Virus record (IMG/VR): IMGVR_UViG_3300029928_000006 | Coordinates: 26,075-90,074 of that record | Origin: a virus | Lineage: Duplodnaviria; Caudoviricetes | DNA: 64,000 nt | Direction: 5' to 3' (one strand) | In this document: piece by piece, positions 51,182 to 60,565 of the stretch | How positions within the stretch are numbered: position 1 is the stretch's first letter | Layout: each line of letters starts with the position of its first letter | The notes under the pieces: model-generated | Seen by the model: only the letters and a program-made list of their open reading frames with translations | What the model was told of the DNA's origin: nothing | The model's database searches: none | Made by a program: the position numbers and the translations under genes

Positions 51182-51769
51182 TTACGGACGAACTCGATTA
51201 GCTCCTACAATTCCATATTCTACCTCAATAATAGGATCACCGATGCAATCCTTAAAAGTAAGGACTTTCTTTTTATGCCCATTGATGTTAATCACAAGAT
51301 TCTCTGGAACCTGATCGTTAGCATTAAGCCTTGGCCCTTGCACCCGGGACCCCTCGGGGTCCGCTCCTATGCCATCTTTCAGTGTTGATTTCTGAGCTAC
51401 CATGCGGTTAACATTATCTAGACGTTCTACCACCCAGTTAAAGTCTTTTTCTTTAACGGCTTTCATCACGATTTCTCGTGATAATCCTTCCATAATAGCC
51501 TTTTGGTTAAGACCTACAGAAAGATTCAATAGTGCTTCCCATACCTTGAGAGCAAAACTCTCAAATGGTATAGTCCGCTGACAACCAATAAGCTTATTCC
51601 AAAATGTGGATTTTGTTTCTCCAAGGACAATGTCACCATTATCCTTGATGGTATACATTTTGTACTTATCAATGTGATCGAGTTTCTCGAACACTGTTGC
51701 CTTTATCGTAGGTTCCAAGAGCAAGATACCTATGATTCCCTTACTCTTAGGAGTTAAGAGAGCCTCCAT
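51182..51769 (-). CDS. Hypothetical protein, 195 aa
   Basis: ATG to TAA. Confidence 0.7.
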   Translation of the reverse strand: MEALLTPKSKGIIGILLLEPTIKATVFEKLDHIDKYKMYTIKDNGDIVLGETKSTFWNKLIGCQRTIPFESFALKVWEALLNLSVGLNQKAIMEGLSREIVMKAVKEKDFNWVVERLDNVNRMVAQKSTLKDGIGADPEGSRVQGPRLNANDQVPENLVININGHKKKVLTFKDCIGDPIIEVEYGIVGANRVRP

Positions 51770-51773
51770 GTAT

Positions 51774-52385
51774 CTATGACTCCATGTGAACGTTTACCGA
51801 TACATCAGCCTTTGGCTTGCTGTTTGTCTTCTCGTCAAAATAGCTAGCCACTTGCTGGTCATTGCGACTAATCGTTGAAACGAGCTGAGCCTTAGCCTTC
51901 TCGCATTCAGCTATAATCTTATCAAGACGAGCAATCTCAGCACGGTTAAGTGCATTAAGATAAATGCCCATCTTCTTAGGATCAGAGAATACCATCTTCT
52001 TCTCTGGATTCTTAATCGCTTCCTTCACTGCCTCCTCTGTTGTCTTCCCAAAAGACCCAAGAGTAGATGCAGGAATCTCAATCTCCTGATCTGTATCAGG
52101 ATTAATCTTGCAAACTACATCTCCTGCGATATTCTCCTTAATACGCATATCAGATACAGTAGTAGCGAAGATGTTAAACCGTCGAGGCGAGCGGTTGAGA
52201 CAAAGGTCTGCATTACCACTCTGTTTAGTTTGCTCGATTATTTTCTCATAATCAGGATTAAATGTCCGAACCTGAGGTTGAAATACATCCTGACCGAAAA
52301 GATTACCACCAATCATGCTTAGTGGGGTACGATTTGCTTTGATTGTTTTTTCCACAATATTTACATTAATGTCTGCCATAATCAT
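51774..52385 (-). CDS. Hypothetical protein, 203 aa, ends at TAG
   Basis: The TAG lies 4 nt before the next gene's ATG, which suggests a genuine stop. Confidence 0.7.
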   Translation of the reverse strand: MIMADINVNIVEKTIKANRTPLSMIGGNLFGQDVFQPQVRTFNPDYEKIIEQTKQSGNADLCLNRSPRRFNIFATTVSDMRIKENIAGDVVCKINPDTDQEIEIPASTLGSFGKTTEEAVKEAIKNPEKKMVFSDPKKMGIYLNALNRAEIARLDKIIAECEKAKAQLVSTISRNDQQVASYFDEKTNSKPKADVSVNVHMES

Positions 52386-52899
52386 ATCCTTTTTGATATC
52401 GTTATTGATTAACTAACGATATGATTTTTTACTATAGTGTATTTTGGCTACACTTTTGCCGTTGTTATTGATTAAGCAACGCTGATACGAAGATACTCGA
52501 TGCTTTGTGTTTACTCCACAAAAACAGTTCTACTATTGTAGACGCTTTGGTACAGACTTAGCTACACTCTTCTTATCCCAACAAATGGAGGATAAGCTTG
52601 TAGCAGGAATTACGTACGTATGACGTAATTAACATTTACTGGAATTAGTTATTAAACTCATCCAGGCCCATCGTCTAAAGCTTTGAATGCTGTTTTGACA
52701 TAATCAAATGTCATACTTGTGTTATATTGTTTTTTATTTATAGATTTTTCAACTATAATATCCCTAACTTCGTTGGCAAAATTTCCTTTCGGACTAATGT
52801 TCATAGAAATTAGAGAGTATAAACCAACAAAAAGAGATGTAGTATTTTCGGTCGCATTTCCCTTACTATACAACGAATATAAACTACATGATTGTTATT

Positions 52900-54524
52900 A
52901 AGCAGATTTTTCTCTACTGCTAACTTAGAAGCGACTGTTAGCTAGGTCTCCTCTCTGCGGTACTCGGCTTATGGCATGTACCCAGTGGTTGGTTGTCGGA
53001 ATGTCTCAAGATCAAACCTATCACAGACTTTACGGCTTTTTATATCTTTGCTGATATTTGTAATTTTACTGTACCGGTATTACTACCTCCTATTTATAGT
53101 GCACGAATATTGGGGATTCAACCCATACATTCTCCTTGTCACCCACTTTAGCTTGCTTCTTACACATCTAGAGACAGTAGATAGTAAGAGATGTTTTCGA
53201 TTCATCACCTGCATACGCTTTTGCACTGCGTCTCATGACTCACTAAAGCTGCCCATCGGTTTACTGTATTGCTTCGAACCTTTATGTTTACATATACTGT
53301 TGCGCAATATACTTTAGCATGGTTTTGCATATCGGTTGGCACTCTGATTCTCTACATCAAGCGCTTATCTACAACATAAGACTTTCTCTATAGAGGGACA
53401 TCAAATTTTTGTTAAACATGTTTATTTCGGATATTACTAAGTTTTCATAATCTATATCTCAATGTATATACTATACGCATATATAATATACCAGCTTACT
53501 ACTCTGTAGAGACTATATAATATTGTATAATAAAATACAAATAGATTATTAGTTTAGTTTCTCTCTGGATCAAGTGGAGGTCAAATGGTCCTGGGTGGAC
53601 ATATCTCGAATCGACTTAAACCTAATTTGCTATTTCTTATTCTAGGATAGCTCTCCATCAATTTTCTTTGGTTGTAACGAAACCATCGATTATAACCTCA
53701 CAAGCTATTTAATTCTTATGGGAACTATATTCTTCATCATCGCTTACCATGATTACTAAATACTTTGAAATAGACTTTCACCGCGGTCTTCGTCCGCGTA
53801 CGATACTTCCGATAAAGCTTCGATTAAGGGATTGCCCCACCCTTGTGCTCGTTTTACTTTTATATACCGCATAAATGAGCAAAGCCTGGCGGTCTACCAT
53901 GATATCAGACGTTTTACCTTATCCCTGACACCCCTTCAACGGAGTTGTGCCGAATCGAACGGCAAGGACTTACATAGTCAGCATATTCACCATACACTTC
54001 TGTGAGTATTATCCTCACGATATTGAATCTTAGATAAATTTTTCGGCCTTTATACTAGTTTTGGGGACTAGAAACACTACCTACAGCTTGTTGATACTAC
54101 TATTTGCTTTGGAGTCCTCGGTTCTTCCCATACCATGCACCATGCCATGTATGCAATTCGGTTCACCTACTGGGGACACAAATAGTTGTTTCTCGTGTGT
54201 CGTTCGTATATGTTTAGTATCATCACATATAATTCCGATACGGTTCATTATGCCCTTTTTGGGACTTATGCGTTTCACTCTCACGACATCACCAGACGGT
54301 TCTCATGCTTTGAGTAAGGAGTTGATACAACGCTTCTCCTTCTTATATCTAGCGTTTTCAATGCTTGATACATTTCATCCTACCTTTTGAGTAATCTCGC
54401 CCTGGAGAGGGTTAACATATTCTCGGATCAAGTTCTTTTCGTACACAGGCTAATGAGACCTGCTATATGTACTTACCTGAGTTAAGTATGATAGGTTCTT
54501 ATGTTTACTATCATACCTCAGAGG
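52900..54524 (-). ncRNA. Candidate large structured ncRNA locus
   Basis: About 1.6 kb without a convincing ORF in an otherwise gene-dense genome. Many hairpins and GNRA-type loops on the minus strand. Confidence 0.4.
53941..54000 (-). ncRNA. Mini/degenerate tRNA-like element C
   Basis: Perfect T arm TGCCG-TTCGATT-CGGCA, a short GACT/AGTC hairpin, and a weak acceptor stem. Confidence 0.35.
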
Positions 54525-54881
54525 TTATTTACTTATGTTGTGCACATCATAAGCATAATCTACGCTGTCTCCCTCAACAGGCGTAGCTATATAAAGAAGT
54601 GGTAAAGACGAGATACCCTTCTCCTTTATAACTTTAGTTTTAACTACAACCTTCTCAGATTGCGGTTGATGATTACAAGATACAGTTACGGTATCACGTA
54701 CTGTATCAGGATTAGCTCTATTCATATTATTGTTAAGCAAATTGCTTAACGGTAGTTGCGGAACAGTAGATGCTGCCACTGTTTGCAAATTCGTTGGAGG
54801 CGAATAGCCAGCCATGTTAGCTATATTAGAACCAACAATAACAAAAGCTATCGCCAACAATGATGTGACTAAATTTTTCAT
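54525..54881 (-). CDS. Secreted/membrane-anchored hypothetical protein, 118 aa
   Basis: Signal-like N-terminus MKNLVTSLLAIAFVIVGS. Confidence 0.65.
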   Translation of the reverse strand: MKNLVTSLLAIAFVIVGSNIANMAGYSPPTNLQTVAASTVPQLPLSNLLNNNMNRANPDTVRDTVTVSCNHQPQSEKVVVKTKVIKEKGISSLPLLYIATPVEGDSVDYAYDVHNISK

Positions 54882-54979
54882 ACTTTGATAGTTTTAATTT
54901 CGTTCACTTTGCCATTGAATACCAAGGGCTTCTTTTACCCGACCAACTAGTCGTGAACTAGCTTTTTTAATTGGTCGGA

Positions 54980-56494
54980 TTATTTTTTTTCGACCTTAGA
55001 CTTAGCCTTTCCCTTAGCAGCCTTTATAGCATCCTCCTTAGCTTTCTTCTCAGCAGCCTTCTTAGATTCCTCTGCTGCGGCATCAGCTTCAGCCTTAAGC
55101 TCATCATCAGTCTTGAACTCAAGATCAATGATATTGCTTTTAGCTATTCCTGAAATAGGATTTGAAGGATTACGGAAAAGATTAGATATTGCGCCAGCAT
55201 ACTGGGTGCAGTTATTAAGCATAGAATCAATCTTAACCTTAGCCATCATCTCGGGTGCTACATCATGGTAGAACGCACGTTTGATAGCTATTACTGTCTT
55301 CTTAGCAAAGTTATCACCCTTCTTAAAGTTCTCACTCAAGTTAGCAACGAAATCAGAAGGAGCATTAGAAACACATGCAAGTACACGCTCTGCATATCGT
55401 ATGTTCTTCTCGCCAGTCTCGATATGAGCCTTAACACGATCCTTTTCAGGAAGCTTGTTTTCAGCATCAATCAATGCCTGTCCTTTAGCTCGTACTTCAT
55501 CTGCTGCGATAGACACGATGCATTTAATTACATCAGCTATCTCATCAACAGAATACTTGCATTTCCCTGTAGTCTTATCTGTACTATGTGCATAAAGCTC
55601 GCAGAACGCAGATACAGGAGATCCGGAAGCAGCGGTAACGTTGAACAAGTGAGCGCCAAGGCCGTATACAAGGGTGCCGGTACGACCTGTAATGCTAACA
55701 ATCTTACGAAAGATATCAGACTCAGACATCTTCTTAATAGACTCAAGTTCGTTTTTGGCAGAAGTCAAAGCCTTTTCTGCATTAGCTTTGTAGTTCTTAT
55801 CCTTAGTACTCTTTATAGTCTCTTCTGCAGAATCAATCTTACGATTTGCCTGCACCTGTGCCCAAGCACTATAGAACGAGATACATTTGTTAACGCTATC
55901 CATAAGTTTGGAATCGTTGTTAAGGGCTAAGAAACCAGACAAAACTGTCTTCAACTCTTCCTCATCTTTTATCTTTGTAGGATCAAAGACCTTACCAACT
56001 GTCTTCTTTTGTGCTTCGGCATCTTTATTAAGACTATCTTTAGTCTTGTCAGATACTTCGACAGCAGTTGCTGGAACAGCTACGGCTTCACCACCATCTG
56101 TAGTAGGAGTTGCCGTAAGAAGCTTAGTCTCATCAAGAGTGATACCAAGTTCCGCACAAGCTTCCTTAAACTCTGGAAGTGCAGCTTTACGCAATGTAAT
56201 AGCAAAATCGCTGTTACCAGAATTGATCTCGTTAGCATAAACTGTAACCATACCAAGGAAATTGATATGATTCATTTTGTCAACACTCTCAGGAGAGAGT
56301 CCCGTATGTTCAGCAGCGTTAGGATCAAGGAAACAACGCTCATGAACCATTTTCAAGAGGTCTACTTGATGATTACGATCCATTGAGCTCTTGCCCAATG
56401 TTGTGTTCATCATTGCGTCTAAAACAGACTTATTATTCTCTTGGTTATTTGTTTGTGCAGGCTTAACCTGCGCATTCTTATTCTTTTTAGCCAT
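54980..56494 (-). CDS. Hypothetical protein, 504 aa
   Basis: Long ATG to TAA ORF; helical, with a Lys/Ala-rich tail. Confidence 0.8.
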   Translation of the reverse strand: MAKKNKNAQVKPAQTNNQENNKSVLDAMMNTTLGKSSMDRNHQVDLLKMVHERCFLDPNAAEHTGLSPESVDKMNHINFLGMVTVYANEINSGNSDFAITLRKAALPEFKEACAELGITLDETKLLTATPTTDGGEAVAVPATAVEVSDKTKDSLNKDAEAQKKTVGKVFDPTKIKDEEELKTVLSGFLALNNDSKLMDSVNKCISFYSAWAQVQANRKIDSAEETIKSTKDKNYKANAEKALTSAKNELESIKKMSESDIFRKIVSITGRTGTLVYGLGAHLFNVTAASGSPVSAFCELYAHSTDKTTGKCKYSVDEIADVIKCIVSIAADEVRAKGQALIDAENKLPEKDRVKAHIETGEKNIRYAERVLACVSNAPSDFVANLSENFKKGDNFAKKTVIAIKRAFYHDVAPEMMAKVKIDSMLNNCTQYAGAISNLFRNPSNPISGIAKSNIIDLEFKTDDELKAEADAAAEESKKAAEKKAKEDAIKAAKGKAKSKVEKK

Positions 56495-56570
56495 TTTGAT
56501 AATGTTTTAAAATGTTTGTTACTTGTGGTTATACCCACGTTAATAAATACCTTGGACAACTAAATTATAT

Positions 56571-56969
56571 TCAACTTGTGTCGAATACAAAATTCGTTTT
56601 TAACCCTTTCAATTGTGGTGGTTGTGTGAGCACAGATAGATGCTCATCTTCACCAAAGCTAATACTAGCGATAGTATCTACAACTGCTGTATCCTTACCT
56701 GCTGATTTTGTCTCAACGATTGTACCAGCGCCCTCTAAGGGTTCCAAAGCCTGAAATGAGCACGTTGGTGTCAGCATGGGAGCAGGAGTAGATTTAATAA
56801 CGCTAGATTCACTTTTGTGGTCAGCAAAGGCAGAGCTAACCATTTTACAACCAGTAAAACCTCCGAGGAGGCTCACAAGAAGGATCCAGAATAACTTATT
56901 GCTTTTGTTGTATCGAGCAAAACCCAATGCACAAGCAATACATCCGAAGATCATTAAAAGTGAAGTCAT
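56571..56969 (-). CDS. Membrane protein downstream of the ECF sigma factor, 132 aa
   Basis: Two N-terminal hydrophobic helices; starts 4 nt after the sigma stop. Confidence 0.65.
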   Translation of the reverse strand: MTSLLMIFGCIACALGFARYNKSNKLFWILLVSLLGGFTGCKMVSSAFADHKSESSVIKSTPAPMLTPTCSFQALEPLEGAGTIVETKSAGKDTAVVDTIASISFGEDEHLSVLTQPPQLKGLKTNFVFDTS

Positions 56970-56973
56970 GTTG

Positions 56974-57531
56974 TTAAACTTTTAAATTGTTTTTAATTTT
57001 CCTACGAGTGCGACTTAATGCCGCTTTTATAGTGCCTGTAGGAGTTTTTAGCACTTTACTAATCTCATCAACTGTTAGATCTTCTACATAAAACAAATTA
57101 AAGATTTTCTGTGTCTTCTCTGGGAGCTTTTTAAACTCCTTTAAAAGAGATTCATACTCAAGAAGATTGACAAGATCTTCTTCTTCTGAAGAGTTAGTTA
57201 ATTCTACTGGTAGTCGGCCAGTATCATCTCCTAATTCCATAGATCTTTCTTTCATTTTACGAAGATAATCTATAGCTGTTCGATTAGCTATAATTCTCAG
57301 CCATCCGCCAAAAGACGAATAATCTGTGAATGTCGAGAGTTTTTGGTGAACCTTTAGAAATACTACATTAGTAAGATCTTTAGCTTCATCCATGTCATTC
57401 ACGTAACTAAAGAGAACGTTGTCCACGAACTCTTTGTAACGGTTAAACAATTTGTTAAACGCAAGTTCATTTCCCTTTTGCGCTTCTTTTATGGTCTCAA
57501 TCTCAGATTGAGTGATACGCTGATACTCCAT
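56974..57531 (-). CDS. ECF-type RNA polymerase sigma factor
   Basis: Region 2 (AQKGNELAFNKLFNRY...EAKDLTNVVFLKV...FGGWLRIIANRTAIDYLRK) and region 4 (LPEKTQKIFNLFYVEDLTVDEISKVLKTPTGTIKAALSRTRRKI). Confidence 0.92.
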   Translation of the reverse strand: MEYQRITQSEIETIKEAQKGNELAFNKLFNRYKEFVDNVLFSYVNDMDEAKDLTNVVFLKVHQKLSTFTDYSSFGGWLRIIANRTAIDYLRKMKERSMELGDDTGRLPVELTNSSEEEDLVNLLEYESLLKEFKKLPEKTQKIFNLFYVEDLTVDEISKVLKTPTGTIKAALSRTRRKIKNNLKV

Positions 57532-57570
57532 ATTGTAGCTTAGGGAAGATCTCTCTTACCCTAAGCCGAT

Positions 57571-57972
57571 TTAGAATGGCAAGTCGTAAGCAAACTTTTG
57601 CTGGAATACACTTTGTACATTATGTACAAAATTATATTGTAGTTGGATCTTTAAATTATCACTACCTGTTTTTAAGGGTATCTTGTTTAAACACCCTGTA
57701 GCAATTCTTAATCTAACTCCAACAGTTCGTGTTCCTATTGTTTGCTCTAAAATAATTCTATGCATAATCCATTTACCAATTTCTCTTAGCTTTGGATTAA
57801 CACACGCTTCATACAAGCACTCGTCATCTAAATAGTCGCCTTGGCAAAAGATGTGTGGTTCATCGATATTGTTATATAATCTCAATATCCTTATCATATC
57901 ATCTATTGTTTCGACGTCTTCGTGATAGGATAGTTTTATCCTATTCTTTAGTATTAAAGGGAAATACTCCAT
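57571..57972 (-). CDS. Hypothetical protein, 133 aa
   Basis: ATG to TAA. Confidence 0.65.
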   Translation of the reverse strand: MEYFPLILKNRIKLSYHEDVETIDDMIRILRLYNNIDEPHIFCQGDYLDDECLYEACVNPKLREIGKWIMHRIILEQTIGTRTVGVRLRIATGCLNKIPLKTGSDNLKIQLQYNFVHNVQSVFQQKFAYDLPF

Positions 57973-57975
57973 GTT

Positions 57976-58473
57976 TTATTTTTGATTGAATGTTTTCTCG
58001 ATATATTTAATAAATCCATCCGTATATTCATCAATACATGTATTACTTTTAATATAATCTTTACATTGATCATTAAAAGTATAAGAGATATTATAAATAC
58101 ATTCTATGTACTTATAGTGCTTCTGAAACCATTTAACCCAAGTGTTTACCCATTTCCATAGGTTTAACTCTCCCTTTTCTAATTTTGGGTTAAGGCTATC
58201 CATACTTACTGAATAAGCAAAATCGAAATTCTGCTTACCATTATGTATACCAAGAGCGTTTCTTACAGATGAATCCTTTTCATCTCTTGTAGTATATATA
58301 GCTACATACTCTTTATATACCCTCTCTATCCATCGCTCTTTAATTTTGTACGAAACACGATCTTCTGGATCACATTGAAGATTAACTAATCTACCAAATT
58401 CGGTACACCATTTAAGGGCGAGGTTGACGACATAAGGACATCTGTCCCGGATCATCGCTCTATAACCATTCAT
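57976..58473 (-). CDS. Hypothetical protein, 165 aa
   Basis: Likely start is MNGYR at 58473; the track start at 58536 overlaps an RNA element. Confidence 0.65.
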   Translation of the reverse strand: MNGYRAMIRDRCPYVVNLALKWCTEFGRLVNLQCDPEDRVSYKIKERWIERVYKEYVAIYTTRDEKDSSVRNALGIHNGKQNFDFAYSVSMDSLNPKLEKGELNLWKWVNTWVKWFQKHYKYIECIYNISYTFNDQCKDYIKSNTCIDEYTDGFIKYIEKTFNQK

Positions 58474-58483
58474 AATCAAACAG

Positions 58484-58542
58484 GAAGAAGCTGAGGAGTC
58501 GAACCTCAGTTCTAAGCCAAAAGGCGACGATACCAACTTCTT
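58484..58542 (-). ncRNA. Mini tRNA-like element D
   Basis: AAGAAGT-TGGTATCGTC-GCC-TTTT-GGC-TTAGAAC-TGAGG-TTCGACT-CCTCA-GCTTCTT-C: a 7-bp acceptor stem plus a 5-bp T stem. Confidence 0.6.
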
Positions 58543-58552
58543 CTTCTCTCCA

Positions 58553-58815
58553 CTTAGGTAGGAAACACCTAGACTTTACTTACGCTACGTGAGTATAGTC
58601 TACAATGTTATTAGCATTGTCGTTTATATTTAGTATAGTGCTTAATGTATTTACTTCCTCTGACAATCAAAGCCAAAACACGCCCAAATTGAGCAGTTTT
58701 ACAACATGCCTGGGTTGCTACATACAAATTTAACGTAGAGGAAATGGGTGGACATGAGGGGGAGTCGAACCCCCTGTCTTGCCAGATTAACTCATACACA
58801 CTGTACTTTCTTTGT
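58553..58815 (-). ncRNA. ssrA: Circularly permuted (two-piece) tmRNA; outer ends approximate
   Basis: The acceptor piece ends GAC-AGGGGG-TTCGACT-CCCCCT-CATGTCC-A-CC at 58749. The downstream coding piece starts GGGCGTG-TTTTGGCTTTGA at 58685, giving G3.U70. Helix TTGTCAGA/TCTGGCAA. Resume motif TATAAACG. Tag ORF 58621-58580 reads DNANNIVDYTHVA-TAA. Confidence 0.85.
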
Positions 58816-58972
58816 AAATGTCCTAATGATCAGTTAAGACATTTGATTTAAGCCACTTTAGCTGCGTTCTAAGGCATTCTTAGTAGTCTTGTGGGTAATT
58901 ACTCCACTTAACACCTTGAACGCCTCAGAACGCATGAAACATGGCTAAATATATATATATAGTAATCCTCAT

Positions 58973-59255
58973 GATACTAAGATACTTAGAGGGCTATATT
59001 CAGCATTTTTGATATTCTGTGCAGGGTTCACATATTGACGTTATCTCGTAAGTCTCCCCGATACAAAGATACGCACACAGTCTATTATTTGATCTACTGA
59101 CTCTAATTATACGTGTAGAGTTCACGTCATTCTTCCCCTATCTTGATACAAAGATACTACGATAGGAATGTTAATTCATTCTTAAGCCCGAGTGTCCTAA
59201 TAGACCTACTGTCTCGCGCTGTAATCTCATTAGCTTAGACGTGATACAAAGATAC
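58973..59255. repeat. Four spaced 13-nt direct repeats gatac(a/t)aagatac
   Basis: Copies start at 58973, 59060, 59145 and 59243 (periods 87, 85 and 98 nt). Confidence 0.8.
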
Positions 59256-59272
59256 TTGTCTTGGAAAGAATA

Positions 59273-59764
59273 CTAATTAACAAAGCTATAGCGCTCATAA
59301 TACCAATAGCTTGGGTAAGTAACACGGAGTTCATCCATGTGCTTATCAAACTCTGAATTAAGATCGCTCATTTGCTTACGCTGATCCTCATCAATCTTCT
59401 TAGAAAGATCTTTGAACTGGTTTGGCGTGATTCGCTGGTCTTCAGCAACTTCGGTACCATCGTCGCTCTTACCAATCAATCTTGCTAACAGCTCTTGACG
59501 CTTCTTAAGAATATCAAGAGTGATCTTAGACTTCGCACGGTCCTTACGGACATTTAGCAACTCTCGAATACGAAGATAACTAGCACACTTGATAACGTTC
59601 TTGAGGGCATCTATCTTACGCTTTTCCTCGTCCTGTTTAATAGATTCTGCAGCTTTATCAGCTACATCTACTACGAGGTTTTTCTTTGTAAGCTGTTCAA
59701 CTACGTTATCTACAGTTGTGCCATTCTGCTGCTTTACTGCAGCTTTTTCATCTTTTTTTGCCAT
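59273..59764 (-). CDS. Coiled-coil hypothetical protein, 163 aa, ends at TAG
   Basis: ATG to TAG. Confidence 0.7.
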   Translation of the reverse strand: MAKKDEKAAVKQQNGTTVDNVVEQLTKKNLVVDVADKAAESIKQDEEKRKIDALKNVIKCASYLRIRELLNVRKDRAKSKITLDILKKRQELLARLIGKSDDGTEVAEDQRITPNQFKDLSKKIDEDQRKQMSDLNSEFDKHMDELRVTYPSYWYYERYSFVN

Positions 59765-59805
59765 AATTTAATTGATTTAAATTGTTTATAATAAAATAAT
59801 TAACA

Positions 59806-60030
59806 CTAGTTGTTTTTGACTTCAACGATTTCGCCGACATAACATTTCCCTTTAGGGATAATGAATTTCTCGCCGCTTTCGTTTATCTCGTGGTCTACTG
59901 GTACAAAACGTGCAGAGTTTACAATATTAATTAATGTAAATCGTGCATATCTTGCTTGTTTCTCTGTTGGATATTTAGCTTCACACAGAGTTGTTTTCCC
60001 ATTCGATGTCTTGATTGGAACTATAAACAT
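59806..60030 (-). CDS. Hypothetical protein, 74 aa, ends at TAG
   Basis: ATG to TAG, with TAA two codons later. Confidence 0.55.
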   Translation of the reverse strand: MFIVPIKTSNGKTTLCEAKYPTEKQARYARFTLINIVNSARFVPVDHEINESGEKFIIPKGKCYVGEIVEVKNN

Positions 60031-60139
60031 AGTCTAACAGATTTAAATGGTTATTGGATTTATCACGCTTATACGCTTTAGCTTTACGTTCTGCGTGATG
60101 TGGACGATACACCTTTTTTGTTCGTATTGTTCTACACAT
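59981..60139 (-). CDS. Small basic protein, 52 aa
   Basis: Likely start MCRTIRTKK at 60139 overlaps the upstream stop; contains KAKAYKR. Confidence 0.45.
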   Translation of the reverse strand: MCRTIRTKKVYRPHHAERKAKAYKRDKSNNHLNLLDYVYSSNQDIEWENNSV

Positions 60140-60563
60140 CTCCAAGATTTTTACAGATTTGTTTAAATACAGAGATATCGTCATTTGAAAGACCGTATTG
60201 TGTACGCATCTTAGTACTTATCCCTTTTGCCAAAGTTTTTATAGCTTGAATCAAAGCTTTATCCTGAGGATGATTTAACACCTCTTCAGTAACAGCGAGC
60301 ACAAGCTTAAGGTTCTGACCAAAATATTTTCCAAATCTACGCTGAACGTAAATACAAGAACTTTCTACTATAGATAGTTCTACAGGTGTTTTAGTATCAG
60401 TGACATTCTTAGCGAGAATAGAACAAACTTCGGATTCGTCCATGCAAATACCATGTACTTCTCCTACAGTGGCCCCACATTCTCTAATTGTTTTTCCGAG
60501 CTCAATCACAGTTCCTGCTGTGATACTACCACCTTCGTATGATAGTAATATGTATCTTCTCAT
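60132..60563 (-). CDS. Hypothetical protein, 143 aa, ends at TAG
   Basis: The TAG stop overlaps the next gene's start. Confidence 0.65.
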   Translation of the reverse strand: MRRYILLSYEGGSITAGTVIELGKTIRECGATVGEVHGICMDESEVCSILAKNVTDTKTPVELSIVESSCIYVQRRFGKYFGQNLKLVLAVTEEVLNHPQDKALIQAIKTLAKGISTKMRTQYGLSNDDISVFKQICKNLGDV

Positions 60564-60565
60564 AG

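Noticed and set aside
53770-53810. GCGGTGAAAGTC resembling group II intron domain V
   Set aside because: The flanking AGC-triad stem of domain V is absent and no interrupted gene or maturase is present.
52976-54390. Track ORFs 52976..53317, 54061..54390 and 54081..54284
   Set aside because: Atypical composition, no motifs, two are on the strand opposite to the surrounding genes, and TAG read-through does not extend the third meaningfully.
58705-58711. AGGCATG as the 5' end of the tmRNA coding piece
   Set aside because: It gives an A1.C72 mismatch and no D-loop-like follow-on. GGGCGTG at 58685 pairs fully and continues into the expected helix.
58973-59255. Mini CRISPR array
   Set aside because: Repeats are only 13 nt, spacers are 72-85 nt and uneven, and no cas genes are present.
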